From positions 1 through 58,345 of the forward strand of contig CAYGOB010000002.1 in the NCBI GenBank assembly GCA_964351475.1: a DNA stretch of 58,345 nucleotides, written 5' to 3'. A model generated the notes under the pieces. That model made no database searches. It was not told the origin of the DNA and worked only from the letters and a program-made list of their open reading frames with translations. The position numbers were made by a program, and so were the translations under genes. Source of the stretch: an uncultured Candidatus Saccharibacteria bacterium (GTDB lineage Bacteria; Patescibacteriota; Dojkabacteria; SC72). Position 1 is the stretch's first letter, and each line of letters starts with the position of its first letter. Of the stretch, positions 38,491 to 46,058 are shown piece after piece.

Positions 38491-39483
38491 ATGGTAAAAA
38501 TACCTGTTACATCAACAAATTACAATATGCCTAGAACAAAAAATAAAAAAATATCCATAGTTATTCCCGTTTTAAACGAGGAAAAAAACATTAAGATATT
38601 AAACAAGAGAATTAAAAAAACTCTTAAAGACAATTTAGACTACGAAGTAATATGGGTAGACGATGGAAGTACAGACAAAACACCTCAGGTATTAAAAGAA
38701 ATTTGTAAAGAAAGAAATGTAAAAGGAATATCCCTAATGACAAGAACAGGTCAGAGTGGAGCTTTAATGGCTGGTATAAAAGAAGCTACAGGAGAATACA
38801 TAGCAACTATGGATGGAGACAACCAAGATGACCCCAAAGACTTTATTAAAATGCTCAAGAAGTTAGAAAAGGAAGATTTAGATGCTGTAATTGGTTGGAG
38901 AAAGAATAGATGGAGTGGAAACTTCTTTAGGAAATTACCATCTTTAACTGCAAATAAGATTATGAAGATTGCTTTTGGAGATCTGGGTATCCATGATACT
39001 GGATGTATGATGAAGGTAGTAAAAGCAGATATCATGAAAGATATTAAACTGTATGGAGAACTACATAGATTCATGTCATATCTCCTAGGAGTATACGGTG
39101 CTAAAATGGCTGAGATTCCTGTAAATCATAAACCTAGAAAACATGGTAAGAGTAAATACGGTTTAAAAAGAACCATTACCGTACTCTTTGACATTCTCAA
39201 TGTTAAATTCCTAACTATGAAAAGAATAACCCCTATTCAATTCATGGGACCCTTAGCAGTACTAACATATATTGTTAGTGTTGCATCTGGAGGTTATCTA
39301 CTCTACGGAAAGTTTACTAATGATATTAACATTACTGGTTCACCACTGTTTACAACTTCCTTAATATCTTTCATGATGGGGACACAATTCTTTCTTTTTG
39401 GATTACTAGGAGAATTAGTACTACGTTCTTACTACGAAAATGGTAAGGGTAAGAGTGTATATGCTATTAGAAAGAAATATTAG
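38491..39483 (+). CDS. GT2 polyprenyl-phosphate sugar synthase type (ArnC/GtrB-like) with C-terminal TM helices
   Basis: ISIVIPVLNEEKNI, WVDDGSTDKT, MDGDNQDDP and two C-terminal TM helices. The start may instead be the internal Met at 38527. Confidence 0.85.
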   Translation: MVKIPVTSTNYNMPRTKNKKISIVIPVLNEEKNIKILNKRIKKTLKDNLDYEVIWVDDGSTDKTPQVLKEICKERNVKGISLMTRTGQSGALMAGIKEATGEYIATMDGDNQDDPKDFIKMLKKLEKEDLDAVIGWRKNRWSGNFFRKLPSLTANKIMKIAFGDLGIHDTGCMMKVVKADIMKDIKLYGELHRFMSYLLGVYGAKMAEIPVNHKPRKHGKSKYGLKRTITVLFDILNVKFLTMKRITPIQFMGPLAVLTYIVSVASGGYLLYGKFTNDINITGSPLFTTSLISFMMGTQFFLFGLLGELVLRSYYENGKGKSVYAIRKKY

Positions 39484-39486
39484 AAG

Positions 39487-39618
39487 CTATTCCGCATCCC
39501 TCATCTTCCTTATATATTTAACACTATCCTTATATTCCGGAGCATGTATAGCCTTATGCCCATATCTTTCCCAAAGAGATTTATTTTTCTTCAATTGTTT
39601 CTCTTTTTTCTTTTTCAT
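39487..39618 (-). CDS. Possible small basic protein (43 aa)
   Basis: My own translation gives MKKKKEKQLKKNKSLWERYGHKAIHAPEYKDSVKYIRKMRDAE*. It is below the track cutoff. It is the only open frame of plausible composition in the 225-nt gap, and no homologue is recognised. Confidence 0.25.
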   Translation of the reverse strand: MKKKKEKQLKKNKSLWERYGHKAIHAPEYKDSVKYIRKMRDAE

Positions 39619-39708
39619 ACTTCAATAATCTTAACAAAAATCTTTACCACATTCCATTAAATTAACCCATATGCTAACATATAATATATAAATTAAACTG
39701 TTCAAAAT

Positions 39709-40941
39709 ATGAAAATATATAAAAAGATACTAAACACCCTACCCTTACTCCTGTTACTCTTTACAATATCCTTAATACTACCTAGTAGATCGGAAGCTGC
39801 ACAATTTTACTTTAAGTCATACACCCTATCCCAAGACGAAACTGTAAACGAAGACATCTATGTAGTAGGTGAAGAAGTAAGAATAGACGGTGTAGTAGAT
39901 GGAGATGTAATTGCCTTTGGAGACACTATACAAATAAATGGAACAATTACAGGAGATGTATACCTAATGGCAAGTAAGGTAGATGTAAATGCAAACATAT
40001 ATGGTAATACCTTCATATTTGCAAACAATACAACCATAGAAGGACTAATAACAGAAAACACCTACATAGCTTCTACCTTTCTCTCTTACAGTGCAGACAC
40101 TCAAAGAGACATGTTCTCTCTTTTCTTAGAAGGTACCATTAAAGGTTCTGTAGGAGATGACCTAAGAACAGTTGGAATGAGATCTAACATTGACTCAGTT
40201 GTAAGAGGAGATCTTGTTTTAATAACAAACCAAGAAACCATTAACGAAGACAATATTACAGGAGAAATATATGATGGTGCTAGATTACAAGACATCGCCC
40301 GAGCACAAGGAGTAGACCTAGATGAACCATTAAATGTAGAAATGTCATCCCTTAATTTCAGACCTACATGGAGAACTAGAATGTTAACGCTCTTTGTAAA
40401 CTTCCTTGCTATGTTACTAGTAGGATTCATCATAATAATGCTCTCCCCTATTAAGACATACCAAATCCAAGAGAGAATTACAGGTTCTACAAATGAATTC
40501 TTTAAGAGCTTAGTAGCTGGTTTTCTAATATCCTTACTAATTCCCCTTCCACTCTTCATACTCTCCATCTCAGTCATAGGTACTCCCGCAGCTATCTTAA
40601 TAATTGGTTTGCTAGCCTTCATAATGATCTTTGGTAAGATCTGGGTAGAAACAGCATTCGGTAGAGAAATATTAATTCTCTTTAAAGTGGAAGAGTACAG
40701 ACCATTTAAGTCATTTTTAGTAGGAAGATTATTAACAGTACTGGTTAATATCATTCCAATAGTAAGAGGTTTTTACAATGTAATTCTTGCATTCGTAGCA
40801 CTAGGAGCAGTAGTTAGAATGAAAAGAGGTTACTACCTAATTGCAAACAAAGAAGCTAAAGAATTTAGAGAAAAGAGTAAGAGTACAAAGAAAACAATTT
40901 CAAAAAAGACAACAAGCAAGAAAGCAAGTACGAAGAAGTAA
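39709..40941 (+). CDS. Secreted beta-helical repeat (bactofilin/polymer-forming-like) domain fused to a multi-TM region and a Lys-rich tail
   Basis: Signal peptide ...PSRSEAAQ. Repeats such as DGVVDGDVIAFGDTIQINGTITGDVYLMASKVDVNANIYGN. About 4 TM helices and the tail KSKSTKKTISKKTTSKKASTKK. Confidence 0.55.
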   Translation: MKIYKKILNTLPLLLLLFTISLILPSRSEAAQFYFKSYTLSQDETVNEDIYVVGEEVRIDGVVDGDVIAFGDTIQINGTITGDVYLMASKVDVNANIYGNTFIFANNTTIEGLITENTYIASTFLSYSADTQRDMFSLFLEGTIKGSVGDDLRTVGMRSNIDSVVRGDLVLITNQETINEDNITGEIYDGARLQDIARAQGVDLDEPLNVEMSSLNFRPTWRTRMLTLFVNFLAMLLVGFIIIMLSPIKTYQIQERITGSTNEFFKSLVAGFLISLLIPLPLFILSISVIGTPAAILIIGLLAFIMIFGKIWVETAFGREILILFKVEEYRPFKSFLVGRLLTVLVNIIPIVRGFYNVILAFVALGAVVRMKRGYYLIANKEAKEFREKSKSTKKTISKKTTSKKASTKK

Positions 40942-40957
40942 GTAGGCAATTAAAAGG

Positions 40958-40984
40958 AAGAAGGAGTACACATTACTCCTTCTT
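40958..40984. terminator. Hairpin between convergent genes (bidirectional terminator candidate)
   Basis: AAGAAGGAGTA (40958-40968), loop CACAT, TACTCCTTCTT (40974-40984): an 11-bp perfect stem. No long T-run on either side. Confidence 0.5.
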
Positions 40985-41036
40985 ACCTTAAATATCCCTT
41001 CTCTTTTTTAGGTATTAACTACTCAATCAATAACTT

Positions 41037-41798
41037 TTACTTAAGTAATGCTTCTATAGCTTCTACAAAGGTATCATAAGGATATGCTCCTGCTATTAGA
41101 GTACCCTCTACTGTACCATCCTCCCCTATTAGGCCAACAATAAAACCAGGAGTACCACTAATCCCAGCATTCCTTCCTTCTGTAGCCCTTGCTTCTACTA
41201 CATCTCTGTATGTACCATTATCCAAACATGCTCTAAAGTCATCTCCATCAACTCCTAAATCTACTGCTAGATCTACTAAACCATCTACTGAAGAAACATT
41301 AAACGCTCTCTTATGGTATTCTAGGAAAATTTCACTATCTGACATTCTATGCAAACATACACCACCCTCTGCAATACTGTAACCTAACTGACCAGCTGCA
41401 CTTAATGGAAATTCCTTAAAGACATACAATATCTTTCCCGTATCTATGTAGTTTTCCTTAATACTTGGAAATGTCTCATCTGCATGCCTTTGACAGAAAC
41501 CACATTGGTAGTCACTAAACTCTATTATTGCAACCGTAGCAGTCTCAGGATCTCCCAAAATTGCACCATCACCCAATGTTACTGTCCCCTCTCCAAACTC
41601 CTCACCTATCCCCTCGTCTGCTGTAGGTATCGTACTATCCCCTGCATTATCTAAAGTAACAGGCGCATTATTCCTAGATGCAAAAAATATTACAGCAGCT
41701 ATTAATACCCCTGATATCAATATTGCTATTGGTACCCCTGCATTATCTAAATTAATTACTACCTCATCCTTCTTCTCCTTCTTTTTTGTTTTTGCCAT
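41037..41798 (-). CDS. Membrane-anchored DsbA-family thiol:disulfide oxidoreductase
   Basis: N-terminal TM, the active site FSDYQCGFCQRH (CxxC), and a thioredoxin-like length. Confidence 0.8.
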   Translation of the reverse strand: MAKTKKKEKKDEVVINLDNAGVPIAILISGVLIAAVIFFASRNNAPVTLDNAGDSTIPTADEGIGEEFGEGTVTLGDGAILGDPETATVAIIEFSDYQCGFCQRHADETFPSIKENYIDTGKILYVFKEFPLSAAGQLGYSIAEGGVCLHRMSDSEIFLEYHKRAFNVSSVDGLVDLAVDLGVDGDDFRACLDNGTYRDVVEARATEGRNAGISGTPGFIVGLIGEDGTVEGTLIAGAYPYDTFVEAIEALLK

Positions 41799-41884
41799 AT
41801 TAATAACTAAACAATTTAAATATTTCGAAAGTCAGTTATTATACCCCCAATGGACAGAAATAGTAAAACACAATATAATAAGCT

Positions 41885-42730
41885 ATGGGCAATATGAACA
41901 CGTCGGATAACAAAATAGGACTAAAAGATATCCTTATACTAATACTTTTTCTTCTCTTAATAGCAATCCCTGTTTACTTTGCATACACCATACTTTTTCC
42001 AAGGATAGAAATATTTGACCATGAACAACAAGGTCAAGAACAAGGAGAGATTGATCAAGAAGAACAAGATATAGAGGAGGAAGAATATGATGGACCACAC
42101 TACGAGGAAATATATGAAAATATAGAGGGAGAGAATGCTTACATTGCAGTACCTACTAGAATAGATGAGGATAATGCTCCCAGAATTATTGTTTACAGTC
42201 ATGGATCAAACACTACTGTAACTTTTGATACAGAGGATGAATTTATGCAAGATTTACAAATATATGGAGAATTTTTTACACAACACAACTACATATTTGC
42301 TGCTTCAAACCAACATGGTGCTAACTGGGGCAGTGACCTTGCAATACAAGATACCTCAAATATGATTAATTGGATTAAAGAAAGATATGATACTAGACAC
42401 AGAGTCAATATGGTGGGATATAGTATGGGGGGATTACCTACTCTTAACTTTGCTACCGGATATCCTGAATTAGTTAACAAGATTGCATTACTTGCACCTA
42501 CTACTAGGTCTAATGAGTGGGATGTAGAGAGAGTAGAAAAAATTAGAGATATTGATATACAAATATGGCATGGTACAGCAGATGTAAATGTTGGGTATTC
42601 TCTTTCAACAACTTTTGTAGACCGATTACAATCTTTAGGAAGAGAAATTCCATTGATTACACTAGAAGGTAAAACTCATTGGGATATACACACAGAATAT
42701 ATTGAAGATATACTGGAGTTCTTTGATTAA
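41885..42730 (+). CDS. Membrane-anchored alpha/beta hydrolase
   Basis: N-terminal TM, an acidic Q/E linker, the nucleophile elbow GYSMGG, and HGTADVNV with a late His (KTHWDIH). Confidence 0.7.
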   Translation: MGNMNTSDNKIGLKDILILILFLLLIAIPVYFAYTILFPRIEIFDHEQQGQEQGEIDQEEQDIEEEEYDGPHYEEIYENIEGENAYIAVPTRIDEDNAPRIIVYSHGSNTTVTFDTEDEFMQDLQIYGEFFTQHNYIFAASNQHGANWGSDLAIQDTSNMINWIKERYDTRHRVNMVGYSMGGLPTLNFATGYPELVNKIALLAPTTRSNEWDVERVEKIRDIDIQIWHGTADVNVGYSLSTTFVDRLQSLGREIPLITLEGKTHWDIHTEYIEDILEFFD

Positions 42731-42761
42731 TAGCTACTCTTTCCATTTAAGAAATAAAGGG

Positions 42762-42790
42762 TTGACCTGTATCACTTAATTGGGTAGGAT
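42762..42790 (+). promoter_or_regulatory. Sigma70-like promoter candidate TTGACC-N17-TAGGAT
   Basis: TTGACC at 42762-42767 and TAGGAT at 42785-42790 with 17-nt spacing, 30 nt upstream of ATG 42821. Confidence 0.3.
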
Positions 42791-42820
42791 TAGGGTGTAT
42801 ATAAAATAAATTTCAAGATT

Positions 42821-44635
42821 ATGAAGAAAGTTAAATATTTGCTATTCCCATTAGGAGTCTTCTTTTTGTTAATTATTGGTTCTCGCTTCGTCAAAGCTAC
42901 GGGAGAATGGACCGAAATAGAAATAAATCCACACAGGTTTGGGCATCAATGTTTGGCAGCAACCAACGACAATATCTATTGTATAGGAGGAAGACCAAGT
43001 CCTTTTGCTAATTTTGAACCCCCCAAAAACGAGATGCTTAATACTGAAACCGGCAAATGGGTTCAAAAGACAGGTATAGAAGATGTGGATAATCCATGGG
43101 GAGAAGGAAATGTCCCTGGAGGTGGTCAAACAATTATTTTTGCTACTGCTTTAGGTGATTATATCTTCGTCGTCGATGGGGTTTACATGGCTGATTATGG
43201 AGGTCACGGACCTAATTATGTCTACAGAGCATATAATATTCTAACTGATGAATGGACAATACCTGATTATGCTAAGCAACCACCAGCAGAATTTTTTCTA
43301 ACAGGAGCATTAACATATGACGGCAAAGCACATTTCGTTGGATTCACAGCAGAAGGAGGTAATAGATATCTAACAGTATATGAAATAGATAATGGATTAG
43401 AGTGGACCAAATCATATCAGAGTGATACTCCCACGCCAGCAGAAAATGTTAGATCTTCTACAATAACTACATCCATTGGAAATAAATTATATGTATTTGG
43501 AGGAGCAGGTGTTCAAGCACATGCGAATTATACAAGATCTACTTTTGTTTTCAACATCACTAACCATAGTTGGACAAGAAAAACAGATATGCCTCTGTTA
43601 AGAAGTAACGGTGCCGCAACACCTAGCCCAGATGGAACAAAAATTTATTACTTTGGTGGTGACAAATCACCTCAGATAATGAATAATGATGGCACAAATA
43701 CAGTTCAAATCTATAATGTTGCTTCAGATTCATGGACTATCTCCAGTAATTTTATGTCCAAAAGAGCGCAGGCAGATCATAATTCAGCAACTGCTGCTGG
43801 AAAGGTGTACCTAATCTTAAGTGCCGAGAGTGTCACAGAGGATTACAAAGGAGAAAGACCCGTAATGAACTACTACATTGATCAGAATTTTAACGAACAA
43901 ACACCAGGATGGGGACATACACATTTTGCATCGTTAAACATAATCCACTGTTTCCCAAACTACAGCAGATGTAACTATCACATATCTCCTGGGAGTGAAA
44001 ACACTCAGTTCCCTCTGTTCACAAGTATTCACAATGGAAGGAAAGTTGCAATCGCAGAAGATTTAATAAATAACTCCCTAGCATTTATGATGGAGGGACT
44101 TCCAGAAGATGCACAAAGACTATTGATCACTTTCCCTGACAAGTCTTTCACAATAAGTGGGAGTTTAGATTGGGATGGCATTTTTGTATTACCAAAGGTT
44201 TTACCTTCACCTACAGTTGAACCAGACTCTTTTGAAACTCTTGGCGTGACTATTAAATTAGGAGGAAATGTAGGATTAGAATTCTCTGAACCCGTAAGAA
44301 TTCTGATTCCTGGAGAAGGAGGAAAAGGAGTAGGATATATTGAACCTAGTTCTAATGTATTTAACGAAATTACAACAATTTGTAAGGAAGATGATTTTGC
44401 ACAAGTAAGAGAACAATTAGCTAGTGGAGGAATTTGTAAAAAAGACGAAATCTTTGACCATGAACATGCACAAGACAATCTAATAATATGGACTACTCAT
44501 TTAACTGAATTCGTTACATACCAAGAAGAAGAATTACCTGAAACTGGTATGGGGGTAATTTACTTAGTCTCATTTGGAATAGTTAGTTTGGTTGTAGGAA
44601 GTGTGATAGTTAAGAAGCAGAAATTACTAAATTAG
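42821..44635 (+). CDS. Secreted Kelch-repeat beta-propeller surface protein with C-terminal LPETG sorting signal
   Basis: Signal peptide. Kelch-like IYCIGGRPS, LYVFGGAG and IYYFGGDK. LPETG at nt 44534-44548, followed by a 21-aa hydrophobic segment and KKQKLLN. Confidence 0.8.
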   Translation: MKKVKYLLFPLGVFFLLIIGSRFVKATGEWTEIEINPHRFGHQCLAATNDNIYCIGGRPSPFANFEPPKNEMLNTETGKWVQKTGIEDVDNPWGEGNVPGGGQTIIFATALGDYIFVVDGVYMADYGGHGPNYVYRAYNILTDEWTIPDYAKQPPAEFFLTGALTYDGKAHFVGFTAEGGNRYLTVYEIDNGLEWTKSYQSDTPTPAENVRSSTITTSIGNKLYVFGGAGVQAHANYTRSTFVFNITNHSWTRKTDMPLLRSNGAATPSPDGTKIYYFGGDKSPQIMNNDGTNTVQIYNVASDSWTISSNFMSKRAQADHNSATAAGKVYLILSAESVTEDYKGERPVMNYYIDQNFNEQTPGWGHTHFASLNIIHCFPNYSRCNYHISPGSENTQFPLFTSIHNGRKVAIAEDLINNSLAFMMEGLPEDAQRLLITFPDKSFTISGSLDWDGIFVLPKVLPSPTVEPDSFETLGVTIKLGGNVGLEFSEPVRILIPGEGGKGVGYIEPSSNVFNEITTICKEDDFAQVREQLASGGICKKDEIFDHEHAQDNLIIWTTHLTEFVTYQEEELPETGMGVIYLVSFGIVSLVVGSVIVKKQKLLN

Positions 44636-44655
44636 AAAATATTTAGAACATAAAG

Positions 44656-44686
44656 GAGCCTCTCTTAAAGAGAGGCTCTTTCTTTT
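44656..44686 (+). terminator. Rho-independent terminator
   Basis: GAGCCTCTC (44656-44664), loop TTAAA, GAGAGGCTC (44670-44678), then TTTCTTTT. Lies 20 nt after the stop of the Kelch gene. Confidence 0.7.
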
Positions 44687-44702
44687 CTGATATCATATAC
44701 AT

Positions 44703-45371
44703 ATGCAAAAAGAAAAAAAGATAACTAAAGAAAAAATTAAAAATTTCTTACTAAAAAACAAAATATTTCATGTAGTATTAATATTTATACTTAGCTATTT
44801 AATACTAGCTCCATTTCTTCCTGAAATTGATTACCAAATTAGAAAATTACTAGGTATTAGATACCGAGAGGAAGAAGTTTTTGTATACAACCCAGATAAC
44901 TATGATTTTGATGACGAGACAGATAAACTGAGGAGGGAATATGAGTATGAGCCTGTAACAGGCAACAGATTAGTCATTCCCACCATAGGGGTATACATTG
45001 GTATAGTAGAAGGAAATAATGAGTCTGTACTCTTTAGAGGAGCTTGGAGAAGACCTAATTCTAGTACTCCAGATAGAGGGGGGAATACTGTAATAACAGG
45101 ACACAGATTTCATTATGTACCTCCAAATAACAAAACTTTTTACAATTTAAATAAGATAGAAGAAGGTTCGAAAATATTTGTACTGTGGAATGACAAGGAA
45201 TATATATATCAGGTTTATGATGTCTTTATTGTAGAACCTGATCAGACAGAAATAGAGAATAATACAGAAGATGATATATTAACTCTTTACACATGTCACC
45301 CTCTATGGACAGCAAAACAAAGATTAGTAGTTAGAGCAAAGCTAATAAATATTTTGGAAGTCACTGAATAG
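44703..45371 (+). CDS. Sortase (transpeptidase) with N-terminal membrane anchor
   Basis: Catalytic triad context: ITGHRFHY (His), LTLYTCHP (TLxTC Cys) and RLVVRAKL (Arg). Confidence 0.85.
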   Translation: MQKEKKITKEKIKNFLLKNKIFHVVLIFILSYLILAPFLPEIDYQIRKLLGIRYREEEVFVYNPDNYDFDDETDKLRREYEYEPVTGNRLVIPTIGVYIGIVEGNNESVLFRGAWRRPNSSTPDRGGNTVITGHRFHYVPPNNKTFYNLNKIEEGSKIFVLWNDKEYIYQVYDVFIVEPDQTEIENNTEDDILTLYTCHPLWTAKQRLVVRAKLINILEVTE

Positions 45372-45385
45372 AAAAGAGAAATATT

Positions 45386-45793
45386 TTACAAACTTAAATC
45401 CTCCTGTATCTCCTTCATCTCATCCCCAGGTAATTGCTTTCTATGATTGCCTTCTCTAAAAACCTTAGTATCTTCATATATTGGTTTTACATGTATATGT
45501 ATGTGATCTATTTCTTGCCCTGCCTTTCTACCATTATTCTGGTTTATTAATATCCCTTCTGGTTCATACTCATCCTGTATTTTTTGTGCTATCTTTTTTA
45601 CAACCTCATTCATATGTCCATACAAATCACTAGGTACATCCAAGATATTTCCGTAATGTTCTTTAGAAAGGACTAACGTGTGACCCTTACTTATGGGATT
45701 AATATCTAAAAACGCATAAACCCTCTCATCCTCATACACCTTGTACGCAGGAATATCTCCTTTCACAATTTTACAAAATATACAATCATCCAT
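45386..45793 (-). CDS. HIT (histidine triad) family nucleotide hydrolase/transferase
   Basis: CIFCKI...GHTLV...HIHIHV triad. Confidence 0.9.
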   Translation of the reverse strand: MDDCIFCKIVKGDIPAYKVYEDERVYAFLDINPISKGHTLVLSKEHYGNILDVPSDLYGHMNEVVKKIAQKIQDEYEPEGILINQNNGRKAGQEIDHIHIHVKPIYEDTKVFREGNHRKQLPGDEMKEIQEDLSL

Positions 45794-45795
45794 AC

Positions 45796-46002
45796 TTACT
45801 CCTCAACCACTATAGCTACAGTAGGACAAGCCGCTACAGCTTCTCTAACCTTTTCCTGTAATTCTGGGTCTGTAATATCTTTACCCTTGTACTCTTCCTT
45901 AACATCTACACTACCATCGTCTTTTCCTTCAAAAACCTCTGGGCATATTGCCACACAAGAAAAACATAGTACACATTTTTCTTTGTCTAATACTACTTTC
46001 AT
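45796..46002 (-). CDS. Small monocluster ferredoxin
   Basis: 68 aa with CVLCFSCVAICP (CxxCxxCxxxCP) plus a distal ACPTVAI, like monocluster Fe-S ferredoxins. Confidence 0.85.
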   Translation of the reverse strand: MKVVLDKEKCVLCFSCVAICPEVFEGKDDGSVDVKEEYKGKDITDPELQEKVREAVAACPTVAIVVEE

Positions 46003-46058
46003 ATTAAATATATTTAAAAATTATATTACCCCTATTTTTACAAATACCAACCAATAGG

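Noticed and set aside
39440-39628. Track ORF of 62 aa on the + strand in the 225-nt gap after the ArnC-like GT2
   Set aside because: It starts inside the preceding gene in another frame, and its product is hydrophobic low-complexity sequence (FFFNCFSFFFFILQ). The minus-strand 43-aa ORF is a slightly better candidate but still weak.
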